Positions 9,790-18,824 of a stretch of 64,000 nt of DNA are shown here, piece after piece (position 1 is the stretch's first letter; each line of letters starts with the position of its first letter). The notes under the pieces were generated by a model. The model was not told the DNA's origin. It saw only the letters and a list, made by a program, of their open reading frames with translations, and made no database searches. The translations under genes and the position numbers were made by a program. The stretch lies in assembly GCA_963782055.1 (NCBI GenBank), contig CAWAIF010000003.1, positions 5,056,001 to 5,120,000 on the forward strand, read 5' to 3'. The stretch comes from an uncultured delta proteobacterium. GTDB lineage: Bacteria; Myxococcota_A; Polyangia; Polyangiales; Polyangiaceae.

Positions 9790-11748
9790 TTAGAGTGATC
9801 GCAGGTACGCCACCAGCGCCGCGGCGTCGTCCGCCGAGAGCTTCGTCGCGTCGCCCACGTGCGCCGCCGGTCCCTTCAGCACGTCCTGCAGCGTCGCCGC
9901 GCTCCCGTCGTGCAGGTACGGCGCGCTGTCGGACAGACCGCGCAGCGAGGGCGTGTCGAAGGCGCACGCGCCGCGCGGGTGGCCCTCCTCGTCGTCGACC
10001 GCGACGTCCACCCACGGGCCGGAGGTCACGCAGGTGCCGACGTCGTGCAGGAGCACCGGGCCGGAGAGGTCGAGCGTGGCGTTGCCCGCGCCGGAGTCGG
10101 TGAAGGCCGCGCCGGAGTGACAGCTCGCGCACCCGAGCGAGCCGAACAGGTCCTTGCCGTGCGCGACCTGCCCGGGGTCGAGGCCGCGCGGCGGGGACGG
10201 GTAGGGCAGCGCGTAGTCCACGAATTTCTCCAGCGCGTCCAGGTCCGCCGAGAGCGCCGGCACGTTCGGGTCGAAGTGGCCGCCCTGCTCCACGTTGATG
10301 GTCTGCCAGTAGTCCTGCACCTTGTTGCGCGCGCCGGTTCGGAAGAGGAAGCCCGTCTGCTTGGTGCCGCCGGCGTTGGACGGCGTGTCGCGCGGCCCCT
10401 GGCCGAAGCGCCAGGTGACCGCGTCGCTGCGGCCCTCCAGGTGGCAGCTCGCGCAGGAGACCCAGTGATCGGTCGTGACCGGCAGCTCGTCGCTCTGGGC
10501 GGAGAAGAAGACGTGCTGGCCGAGGCGCAGGTCGGCGGGCATCGGGTCCTTCGCCAGGCGCGGGATGGCGGCGCCGTCGACGGTCACCGTGACCGGACCC
10601 GCCTCGCCACCGGAGACGGCGAGCACCGCGACGTCGCTGGTGTTGCGCTCGTCGACGTACACGTGACCGTCGGCGGAGACCGCCACGCCCTCCGGCTGGT
10701 GGCCGGGCAGCGGCCGCACCAGGGCGACCTCGACGCGCTTGTCGGCGTCGACGACCAGCACGTCCTCGCTGCCGGTGTCGGCGACGAAGGCGAGCTTGCC
10801 GTCGGCGGAGAAGGCGATGGCCCGCGGGCCGGACACCACGTCACCGAAGGCGCCGCCATCCTTCGGCGCGGTGCTCACCGTCAGCCGCGCGAGCGGCGCG
10901 CCGCCGGCATCGAACAGGGAGATGGCCGGGAAGACGGTGCGCTGGAAGTCCAGCGTGGGCTGCGGCGTGTCGGTACCGAGCATCATGTGGAGCGCCCAGG
11001 TCTCCGTCGTGCCCGGGCGCGCCAGCACGTCGTAGAGGCCGCGCGACTCGCCGTGCGGCACGGTGGGATCGGCGCCCGGGGGGCCGTCGGCCACCGCCCA
11101 TGTCGTCTGCAGGGCGAGCGGCGAGGGCGCGAGCACGCTCACGCCGGGCCCGAGCAGGTGCGTGACGTAGATCTGCGAGCGGTCGGCGCTCCAGGCGAGC
11201 GTCCACGGCTTGCGCGGCGTGTCCACGCGAGCGGTGACCGCGAGCGTCGTCGCGTCCAGGGCGAGCACCGCGTCGTCCTGCGAGCACGCGACGTACACGC
11301 TCTTGCCGTCCGGCGCGGCGAGCACGCCGATGGGCTCGGAGCAGGTGTCGGCGTCGGCGGTGATCGCGCCGGAGGCGGTGTCCAGTGCGTAGACGTGCCC
11401 GTTGCGCTCGCCGGTGACGTAGAGCGTCTTGCCCCCGGGGCCGAGGGCGAGGGCGCGCGGCCCGACCGCCGGCTCGTAGCGGCCGGCGCCGTCCACCGCG
11501 GGGGGCGCGCTCGAGAGCGGCGTCTCCCGGATGAGCGTCCGCGCGCGCGCGTCGACGAAGGAGACCGAGTCGGCGTCGGCGTTGACGACGTAGACCGTGG
11601 CGCCGTCGGTGCTCACCGCGATGCTCGACGAGTGATCCGACTCGCCCTGCGGGCCGCCGGCCGGCGGCGGCGTGACGTCGGACGACGAGCAGGCGAGCGA
11701 GCCGGCGACCCCGAGGAGGGCGAGGCGTGCGAGGAGGCGCGCGCTCAC
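9790..11748 (-). CDS. YVTN/YncE beta-propeller lipoprotein fused to a bCcP/MauG-like di-heme domain
   Basis: GTG start overlaps the upstream TGA (GTGA); lipobox SLAC; propeller repeats (VYVVNADADSVS, LYVTGE, AFVADTGSEDV); two CASCH, RDTPS, FDTPSLRGLSDSAPYLHDGS. Confidence 0.85.
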   Translation of the reverse strand: MSARLLARLALLGVAGSLACSSSDVTPPPAGGPQGESDHSSSIAVSTDGATVYVVNADADSVSFVDARARTLIRETPLSSAPPAVDGAGRYEPAVGPRALALGPGGKTLYVTGERNGHVYALDTASGAITADADTCSEPIGVLAAPDGKSVYVACSQDDAVLALDATTLAVTARVDTPRKPWTLAWSADRSQIYVTHLLGPGVSVLAPSPLALQTTWAVADGPPGADPTVPHGESRGLYDVLARPGTTETWALHMMLGTDTPQPTLDFQRTVFPAISLFDAGGAPLARLTVSTAPKDGGAFGDVVSGPRAIAFSADGKLAFVADTGSEDVLVVDADKRVEVALVRPLPGHQPEGVAVSADGHVYVDERNTSDVAVLAVSGGEAGPVTVTVDGAAIPRLAKDPMPADLRLGQHVFFSAQSDELPVTTDHWVSCASCHLEGRSDAVTWRFGQGPRDTPSNAGGTKQTGFLFRTGARNKVQDYWQTINVEQGGHFDPNVPALSADLDALEKFVDYALPYPSPPRGLDPGQVAHGKDLFGSLGCASCHSGAAFTDSGAGNATLDLSGPVLLHDVGTCVTSGPWVDVAVDDEEGHPRGACAFDTPSLRGLSDSAPYLHDGSAATLQDVLKGPAAHVGDATKLSADDAAALVAYLRSL

Positions 11749-14114
11749 GGCCCCACCTTGGTGATCTTGAGGACGATGGAGTCGGCCAGCGCGGAGGGCC
11801 TGCCCGCCGCCGAGATCTCCGGTACGCAATCCGGCTCGCGGTCGGTGGCGATCTTGCGAGGCCCGGCGTCGCTCTTGTCAGCCACCGTACCCGTCTCGCC
11901 GGTGAGGGTGCGCTCCGCCATCTGCAGGCCGCCGCGCGGCAGGCCATCCACCACCTGGATGCACTCCGCCGGCCAGTCGACCCCCTTGTTGCCGTTGCGG
12001 TCGTCCCAGCCGTTGAGCAGGAGCTTGTCCAGCCGCCCGACGCGGTCCTCGATCTGCGCGGCGAGGTCCTCCTGGCCCGCGCGCACGCCGATGAGCTCGT
12101 AGGTGTCGCGCAGCATCGCTTGCAGGAGCGCGAAGCGCATCACCCCGAACTCCACGGTGTCCGACGTGTCGCCGGGCGTCGGCCGGTAGAGCCGCGCCGA
12201 GGGGTCGTAGAACTTCGCCTCCACGCGCTGGTAGACGGCGAGCGCGCGGTCGCGCAGCCGCGTGTCGCCTGTCGCCAGGTAGCCGAGCAGCAGGCCGCGC
12301 ACCGCGGCGGTGTGGGCGTCGAGCACGTCGTCGTCGCTGGTGACGGCGCCCTTCGCCACGTCCCAGCCCGGCCACGCGCGGCCGGAGGCGTCGGTCAGGT
12401 GGTCGTAGAAGAGGTTGGCGAGGGCGGCGACCATGGAGTTCAGCTCCTCGGTCACCACCTCCGGCTTCGGTGTGGTCGCGATGGGCGGCGCGTCCAGGGG
12501 CGTGGTGACCGTCGCGGTGTCCGGCTTGTTGTTGCCGTAGAGGCTGAGCTGGTCGGAGAGCGCCCGGCGCGTGGTGCGCAGGGCGAGCAGCGCGTAGGCC
12601 GCGGTCACCGCCGAGAGCGTCGTGCCGCGCGTGACCTGGCCGCCGCTCACCGAAGCGTCGTCGACGGGAAGGCCGGAGGCGGGGTCGCGGTGCATGCGCG
12701 CCAGGTCCACCAGCGCCACGCGGATCATGGCGAGCGCGCGGTCGTGCAGGGTGGGCTCGCCGTCCGCGATCTGATCGTCGGCGGGGAACGGGTCGCCGTC
12801 GAAGTAGGCGCGCACGGCCTGCGAGCCGCCGACCTCGGCGTTGGCCTGATCGGTGAGGGCGTAGAGCGACGCGTACGCGCCGAGCAGACCGGACAGATCG
12901 AGCAGGCGGCTGCCCGGCGTGCGGACGGCGTAGGCGCTGGGCCGCGGGAACTCGCAGTCGGGGTCGGTCGCCTCGGTGACGGCAATCTCCGCCGGGAAGT
13001 AGAGCAGCGGCGCGTTCGCGTCGTAGGCGAGCGCGCCCGCGAGGTCCTTGAAGCCGCCCAGCGCGGTGCCGTCGCCCGTCAACCTCTCGGTGAGCCAGTC
13101 CTGCGCCTCGTTGTCCAGCTCGCTGAGCATCAGCCCCGCCTGGAAGCCCTCGATGTCGCTCGAGCCGAGGTAGGTCCCGGCGACCGCGCCGTCGTCCTTG
13201 GCGAGCACCGCGTTGCCCGGCGCGCCCACCTGCGCGAGATCCGCCTCGTCGACCTGCGTGACGGCGGTCTCCGCGGCGTCGTGCATCGACTGCAGGTAGT
13301 TGATGATCCACAGCGCCGACTTCCAGCCCGCCCAGCCGCTGGAGCCGGGGGAGATGGCCGCGTCCACCTGGTTGGCGCGATCGACCAGGTGCAGGGTGGT
13401 GGCGTCGCACTCGTAGTCGTCGCTGAGCAGCCCGCCGCTCGCGCCGGGGTCGTCGTCGGAGGTGATGGAGCACGCGAGCGAGACCGAGTTGGTGGGCGCG
13501 ATGGTGGGATCGAAGGAGACGAAGGGCTCCATCGTCGGCCAGATGCCCGGCCACCCGAGCGGGTTCTCCGGCGTCGCCTGCGCGTGCACGAAGCGGGAGG
13601 TCGCGTTGCTCGCCGCGCCGAGCGACTGCACCACGTCGCGCAGCGCGGAGCACGCCGCGGTGCCTCCCGCCTGCGCGGTGTCGATGAGGGGCGCGTACGC
13701 CAGCGAGATCCCTGCGCCGGACTCGAACGCCAGCTCGTTCATCGGCTGCTTGGAGTACTCGTACGACTCGATCGCGCTGGCGAAGCCCGCCGGATCCAGG
13801 AACGGACCGAAGCCGTCGAGCGAGGGGTCGAAGTAGATGTCCGGCGGGCGGAAGTCGCGGCTGTAGCGCGTGAGGTCCCGGCCCATCGCCTCGGCGAAGG
13901 GCTCGCCGGAGAGCTGCATCTCCAGCCCGGCGAGCATGTGCTCGCGCACCACGAAGCGATCGTCGCGCGAGACGACCGAGATGATGGGCGGCGAGGCCAC
14001 GGGGCCGTCGGCGCCGGCGTCTCCCGCCGGCGGCGTGGTGTCGTCGCCGCCGGAGCACGCGGCGGCGATGGCGACGGCGACGAGGGTTCCGCCTGCGGCG
14101 AGCGCGCGCCTCAC
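11745..14114 (-). CDS. Large uncharacterised lipoprotein (789 aa), possible six-hairpin (alpha/alpha)6-like C-terminal region
   Basis: Lipobox AAAC; GTGA coupling on both sides; VLDAHTAAVRGLLLGYLATGDTRLRDRA...FYDP resembles YyaL/six-hairpin repeats. Confidence 0.75.
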   Translation of the reverse strand: MRRALAAGGTLVAVAIAAACSGGDDTTPPAGDAGADGPVASPPIISVVSRDDRFVVREHMLAGLEMQLSGEPFAEAMGRDLTRYSRDFRPPDIYFDPSLDGFGPFLDPAGFASAIESYEYSKQPMNELAFESGAGISLAYAPLIDTAQAGGTAACSALRDVVQSLGAASNATSRFVHAQATPENPLGWPGIWPTMEPFVSFDPTIAPTNSVSLACSITSDDDPGASGGLLSDDYECDATTLHLVDRANQVDAAISPGSSGWAGWKSALWIINYLQSMHDAAETAVTQVDEADLAQVGAPGNAVLAKDDGAVAGTYLGSSDIEGFQAGLMLSELDNEAQDWLTERLTGDGTALGGFKDLAGALAYDANAPLLYFPAEIAVTEATDPDCEFPRPSAYAVRTPGSRLLDLSGLLGAYASLYALTDQANAEVGGSQAVRAYFDGDPFPADDQIADGEPTLHDRALAMIRVALVDLARMHRDPASGLPVDDASVSGGQVTRGTTLSAVTAAYALLALRTTRRALSDQLSLYGNNKPDTATVTTPLDAPPIATTPKPEVVTEELNSMVAALANLFYDHLTDASGRAWPGWDVAKGAVTSDDDVLDAHTAAVRGLLLGYLATGDTRLRDRALAVYQRVEAKFYDPSARLYRPTPGDTSDTVEFGVMRFALLQAMLRDTYELIGVRAGQEDLAAQIEDRVGRLDKLLLNGWDDRNGNKGVDWPAECIQVVDGLPRGGLQMAERTLTGETGTVADKSDAGPRKIATDREPDCVPEISAAGRPSALADSIVLKITKVGP

Positions 14115-15226
14115 GAGCGCGCGTCCTCGCCCCTGGGCGTCCAGAGGTCCGACTCCAGGGTGTCGAGCAGCGCGCGCTGCGCCTCCGGCGGCGGCAAGCC
14201 GGCGTCACGCACCAGCGAGGCCGGGAGGTCGCGCGCCGCCTGGCGGCGGAGCGTGGCGACGGCCGCCAGGCGTGCATCGCGCACGCGCGCGCGCGCCCCG
14301 GCGTCCAGCCGCGCCTCCGCCCAGCGCGCCACCTGCCACGCGAAGGCGGCGTGGCGCGTCTCGTCGGCGGCGATCGTCCGCATCGCCGCGGCGATGGCGC
14401 CGTCCCCCGCGTGCGCCGCCTGCCACCAGGCCACGAGCGCGGCGAACGTCTCGCCGACGCAGCCCTCCGCGGCGTTCTCCGCGGCGAAGGTCTCCAGGTC
14501 GCGACGCCGTTCGCGCGCGGCGTGCACGCGCGGCGGTCGTGCGCCGTGGCGCGCGGCGAGATCGCGCACCGCGCGCGCGTGGCGGCGCTCGTCGCGGGCG
14601 CTCCGCGCCGCGAGCGCGGTGAGATCGGCCGGCGCACCGAAGGCGGCCAGCTCCGCCTCCATCCGCCGGAAGGCGACGACCGCGGCGGCCTCCATGTGCG
14701 CCGAGCCGGCCAGGTACGCGCCGAGCGCCGACGCCGCAGGCGAGGCCTCAGGCGGGCGCAGCCCCTCCGGGCGTCGCCCCGGCCCGCCCAGGCACGTCGC
14801 GCAGTCGACGAGGAGCGGTGAGGCGTCGGTGATGCCGCCGTCGACGCAGGAGTCGCCGGTGGCGGAGCAGTAGAAGACGATGCCGTTGCAGATGTTCTCG
14901 CAGTCGCCGAGGGTGAGCGAGCAGCCGGAGGTCGACGTGCCCGGCGGGAGCCCGCACGGCACCTTCACGGTGAAGCCGCAAAGCTCCGCGGCGGCGTCGA
15001 TGTCCTGCTCGATCGCGCACGGGTCCACCCCGCCGTCACCCGGCGGCTCCTGCGCATCGACGCCCGTGTCGGCGAGCGGCATGGCGTCCTGCCCGGAGAT
15101 CGCGTCGGCCCCGCTGTCCGCGCCCGCGGGTCCGTCGGACGATCCGCACGCGCAGAGGGTGGTGGCGGCGGTCGCGAGGATCGCCCGTCGGAACAAGGAC
15201 CGGAGCCGCATCTCTTCTCGTCTCAT
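14111..15226 (-). CDS. Ferritin-like (diiron) domain lipoprotein, myxobacterial GRRP type
   Basis: SD-like AGGTGAGG before ATG 15226; lipobox LCAC; Cys-rich N-region; GRRPEG, MEAAAVVAF, DERRH, ENAAEGCVGET, DETRH. Confidence 0.85.
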   Translation of the reverse strand: MRREEMRLRSLFRRAILATAATTLCACGSSDGPAGADSGADAISGQDAMPLADTGVDAQEPPGDGGVDPCAIEQDIDAAAELCGFTVKVPCGLPPGTSTSGCSLTLGDCENICNGIVFYCSATGDSCVDGGITDASPLLVDCATCLGGPGRRPEGLRPPEASPAASALGAYLAGSAHMEAAAVVAFRRMEAELAAFGAPADLTALAARSARDERRHARAVRDLAARHGARPPRVHAARERRRDLETFAAENAAEGCVGETFAALVAWWQAAHAGDGAIAAAMRTIAADETRHAAFAWQVARWAEARLDAGARARVRDARLAAVATLRRQAARDLPASLVRDAGLPPPEAQRALLDTLESDLWTPRGEDARS

Positions 15227-15256
15227 CGCCAACCTCACCTGCAACGAGTGTAGCCC

Positions 15257-15297
15257 GTCTTATTGAACTTGAAAATGACTTTCATATCCCTTAAGAC
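15257..15297. promoter_or_regulatory. Symmetric AT-rich operator with a Fur-box-like core
   Basis: Core TGAAAAT-G-ACTTTCA (15270-15284) matches 11 of 14 positions of the 7-1-7 Fur consensus; outer arms GTCTTA/TAAGAC share the same centre (15277). Confidence 0.6.
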
Positions 15298-15345
15298 AGA
15301 GCCATGCAGGATGGCCTTGCTGGCGCTCGGCGACAGGTGCTGGCG

Positions 15346-15882
15346 ATGAAGCCGGTCTTCGCGGTGGTGATCGCAGCTACGCTCTCGTGTGCGTCGGCGG
15401 ACGCCACCTCGCGAGACGAGGGGCAGACCTTCGTCGCCTACACGGCCAGCTTCGCCGACTACCGCACGTGGGAGCCCTTCCAGGTGGGCACGCCGGTCGA
15501 CGGCGCCGACGCTGGCTGCGCGGCGCACGATCCCTCGGCGTCGCGTGTCGCCTACCTGAACCACCGCCCCCCGCCGGGCTCCACGCGCTTCCCGGTCGGC
15601 ACCGTCATCGTCAAGGAGACGCAGAAGGGGGCCGAGGCGGACTGGAAGGTGTTCGCGATGGTCAAGCGCGGCGGGGGCTACAACGCCGGCGGCGCCAGGG
15701 ACTGGGAGTGGTTCGAGCTCACGCCGCCCACCTCCGGACCGCCCACCATCATCTGGCGTGGCGTCGCGCCGCCGACAGGCGAGGGCTACGGCACCGGCTG
15801 CGGTGGCTGCAACGAGTGCCACGCGGCGGCGGCGGGCAACGACTTCGTCCAGTCCCCGCTGCTCGACCTGTCCTCCTTCTGA
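15346..15882 (+). CDS. Cytochrome P460/c'-beta family lipoprotein
   Basis: FPVGTVIVKE, AMVKRG, DWEWF, C-terminal CNECH followed by NDFV; lipobox TLSC. Confidence 0.75.
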   Translation: MKPVFAVVIAATLSCASADATSRDEGQTFVAYTASFADYRTWEPFQVGTPVDGADAGCAAHDPSASRVAYLNHRPPPGSTRFPVGTVIVKETQKGAEADWKVFAMVKRGGGYNAGGARDWEWFELTPPTSGPPTIIWRGVAPPTGEGYGTGCGGCNECHAAAAGNDFVQSPLLDLSSF

Positions 15883-15883
15883 C

Positions 15884-15900
15884 CATCAGCCAGACCGATG
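15884..15900. promoter_or_regulatory. LysR-type binding box (ATC-N9-GAT) upstream of the LysR gene
   Basis: CATC-agccagacc-GATG, a T-N11-A dyad. Confidence 0.5.
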
Positions 15901-15924
15901 TGTGACTGCTAAGGTCCATGCACC

Positions 15925-16920
15925 ATGTCGATGGACCCCGTCACGCTGGACCAGCTCCACGTCTTCGTCACCGTGGTCGAGCAGGGCAGCTTCTCCGCCG
16001 CCGCCCGCCACCTGCGCCGCGCGCAGTCGGCGGTCAGCTATGCCATCGCCAACCTGGAGCGCCTGCTCGACGTCCCCCTCTTCGATCGCCGCAGCAAGAC
16101 GCCGGAGCTCACCGACGCCGGCCGCGCGTTGCTCAGCGACGCGCACGCGATCCTCTACCGCACCGCGGAGCTGCAGGCGCGCGCGCGGGCGATGCACCAG
16201 GGCGTCGAGCCGCGGCTGACGCTGGCGGTGGACGTCCTCTTCCCGATGGCCACCCTCGTGGAGGCCGTGGAGGCGTTCCAGCGAGAGTTCGCCGCGGTGG
16301 AGCTGCTCCTCCGCTCGGAGGCGCTCGGCGGCGTCGCCCAGCTCGTGCGCGACGGCGTGTGTCAGGTGGGGCTGAGCGCGGAGCTTCCGCGCTTCCCCGA
16401 AGGGCTCCACCGCTGGCCGATGGGGAGCATCGAGATGGTGACGGTCGTCGCGCGCGAGCACGAGCTTGCCCGGCACCGCGGCTTCATCCCCGCGCAAGTC
16501 ATGCGCGAGCACGTCCACCTCGTTTTGTCCGACCGCAGCGATCTGACGGCAGGCGTCGACTTCGGCGTGCTCGGCGGGCGCGTCTGGCGCCTGATGGACC
16601 TGCGCACGCGCCACGCGCTGCTGCGCGCCGGCCTCGGCTGGGCGCGCATGCCCAAGCCCCTGGTGGCGGAGGACCTGCGTCGCGGGCGTCTGGTGCGCAT
16701 TCGCCCAGCCGATTATGGCCCTTCGCCCTTCCACCTGAACCTGTTCGCCGTCTACCGAACCGCCGACCCGCCCGGTCCGGCCGCCCGCTGGCTGCTGGGC
16801 CGGCTGGGTGCGTGTCCGGACGACATGGAGACTCCCGCGCGGAGGCCCCCCCGACCCCGGCCCGCGGCTCGTCCCCCACGCCGCCCGCGAGGACCAGCCC
16901 GACGGCCCGGCTCGTGGTAA
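15925..16920 (+). CDS. LysR family transcriptional regulator
   Basis: TLDQLHVFVTVVEQGSFSAAARHLRRAQSAVSYAIANLE HTH; LFDR..PELTDAG. Confidence 0.93.
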   Translation: MSMDPVTLDQLHVFVTVVEQGSFSAAARHLRRAQSAVSYAIANLERLLDVPLFDRRSKTPELTDAGRALLSDAHAILYRTAELQARARAMHQGVEPRLTLAVDVLFPMATLVEAVEAFQREFAAVELLLRSEALGGVAQLVRDGVCQVGLSAELPRFPEGLHRWPMGSIEMVTVVAREHELARHRGFIPAQVMREHVHLVLSDRSDLTAGVDFGVLGGRVWRLMDLRTRHALLRAGLGWARMPKPLVAEDLRRGRLVRIRPADYGPSPFHLNLFAVYRTADPPGPAARWLLGRLGACPDDMETPARRPPRPRPAARPPRRPRGPARRPGSW

Positions 16921-16931
16921 GAACCCCCCCG

Positions 16932-17993
16932 ATGGGCCGTGTACCCGGGGTCATCAAGTCGGTACCCGAAGACTTCGTCGTGGAGGAGATCCCCGCCTAC
17001 GCGCCGAGCGGCGAGGGCGATCACGTCTTCATCCGCTTCCGCAAGCGGGGGATGACGACCGACGCCGCCGCGCGCGTCATCGCCGCGGCGCTGGGGGCCG
17101 ACGCGCGCGCCGCCGGCATCGCCGGGATGAAGGATCGCGTCGCCGTCACCACGCAGACGATCTCCCTGGCCCCGCCGCGCGGCCAGACCGCGGAGGAGAT
17201 GGCCCGCCGCGCCGCCGCGCTGTCCCTCGACGGCATCACCATCCTCGACGTGGCGCGCCACCCGCACAAGCTCCGCACCGGCCACCTCGCGGGCAACCGC
17301 TTCACCATCCGCATCCGGCACGTCCCGCGGGAGCGGGCGCCCGAGCTCGACCACGCCTTCCGCGCTCTCGCCGCGCGCGGCGTGCCCAACGCCTTCGGCG
17401 CTCAGCGATTCGGCCGGGAAGGCGACAACGCCGACCAGGCGAAGGCGTGGCTCGCCGGCACCAAGCAGCCCCCGCGCGACAAGCGGCTTCGTCGCCTCCA
17501 GTTCTCCGCGCTGCAGTCGGCCGTCTTCAACGCGGTGCTGGCCCGCCGGCTGGAGCGCGGGGACTGGGACGCGCCCATCGAGGGCGACGTGCTCAAGCGA
17601 CACGACTCCGGCGGTCTCTTCGTCTGCACGGACGTTCAGGCCGACAGGGAGCGCGCGGCGCGGGGCGAGCTCTCCCCCACCGGCCCGCTCTTCGGCCCCA
17701 AGATGATGCGACCCGTCGGCGACGCCGGACGGCTCGAACAAATCGTGACCGACGCCATCGTGGGAGACATCGCGGACCTGGAGGCCCGGTCAGCCGGCCT
17801 CGGGGACGGCACCCGGCGGCCGCTGCGCCTCTGGGTGACGGATCTGACGGTCGACGTAGATTCGACCGAGTTGCAGGAACATCCGAGCTGCGTGGTTTGC
17901 TTCGTGCTATCGAAGGGAGCCTTCGCGACCACCGTGCTCGACCAAGTCGTGGCCCCGCCCGAAGCCGAAGTCAGGGACGCCACATCGACGTGA
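16932..17993 (+). CDS. truD: tRNA pseudouridine(13) synthase TruD
   Basis: PEDFVVEE, GEGDH, AGMKDRVAVTTQ, KLRTGHLAGNRF, PNAFGAQRFG, LSKGAFAT. Confidence 0.92.
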   Translation: MGRVPGVIKSVPEDFVVEEIPAYAPSGEGDHVFIRFRKRGMTTDAAARVIAAALGADARAAGIAGMKDRVAVTTQTISLAPPRGQTAEEMARRAAALSLDGITILDVARHPHKLRTGHLAGNRFTIRIRHVPRERAPELDHAFRALAARGVPNAFGAQRFGREGDNADQAKAWLAGTKQPPRDKRLRRLQFSALQSAVFNAVLARRLERGDWDAPIEGDVLKRHDSGGLFVCTDVQADRERAARGELSPTGPLFGPKMMRPVGDAGRLEQIVTDAIVGDIADLEARSAGLGDGTRRPLRLWVTDLTVDVDSTELQEHPSCVVCFVLSKGAFATTVLDQVVAPPEAEVRDATST

Positions 17994-18032
17994 CGTCGGC
18001 CAGACGGCCGCACGAGAGGACGAAGAAGACGA

Positions 18033-18821
18033 ATGCTGGAACGAGTCAAGAGCGCGTTGGTTGGACTGGGGGCCGGGTGGGTCCTCATCTTGATGTTCAT
18101 CCTGAGCATCATCTCGGTCGCCGTGATGCTGGAGCGCGCGTGGCTCTTCCTCTCCCTGCGCGACGATGTCCCCCGGCTCATGCGCGACCTGGCGCAGCTG
18201 CTCCGCCGGGGCGACCTTGAGGGCGCGCGGCGCCGTCTGGAGTCCTCGCCCAGCGCGGAGGCGGCGGTCGTCGTCGCCGGCCTCGTGGAGGCGGAGCTCG
18301 GCGCGCTGGCGGCCGAGGAGGCGATGGCCGGCGCGGCGGCGCTGCAGCGCACCCGGCTGGAGAAGCGCCTCGCATTCCTCGGCACGGTCGGCAACAACGC
18401 CCCCTTCATCGGCCTGCTCGGGACCGTCATCGGCATCGTGGCGGCGTTCGACGAGCTCGCGCGCGAGTCCGGCGCGGTGACGACGACAGGCGGCGCCACC
18501 GGCACCGGAGCGACGGTCAGCGCCGCCCTGCAGGCCCACATCTCGGAGGCGCTCGTCGCCACCGCGGTCGGCCTGTTCGTCGCCATCCCGGCGGTGGCCG
18601 CGTACAACTACTTCCAGCGCATCGTGAAGGGCACTGTGGCCAACACCGACGCGCTCGCCCACGTGCTGCTCGCTCACCTGAAGTCGGTTCCCGTCGGCGC
18701 GCTCGCGGGGGCTCCGGTGGAGGCGGCGCCCCGCCCCGCGAAGGAGGGGAAGGAGCAACCTCCGCCCTCCAGGCGAGAGCCGAAGGAGAAGGAGCCCGCG
18801 GCCGAAGAGGCGGAGTCCTGA
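18033..18821 (+). CDS. MotA/TolQ/ExbB proton channel protein
   Basis: LGTVGNNAPFIGLLGTVIGIV, ISEALVATAVGLFVAIPA. Confidence 0.92.
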   Translation: MLERVKSALVGLGAGWVLILMFILSIISVAVMLERAWLFLSLRDDVPRLMRDLAQLLRRGDLEGARRRLESSPSAEAAVVVAGLVEAELGALAAEEAMAGAAALQRTRLEKRLAFLGTVGNNAPFIGLLGTVIGIVAAFDELARESGAVTTTGGATGTGATVSAALQAHISEALVATAVGLFVAIPAVAAYNYFQRIVKGTVANTDALAHVLLAHLKSVPVGALAGAPVEAAPRPAKEGKEQPPPSRREPKEKEPAAEEAES

Positions 18822-18824
18822 GCC

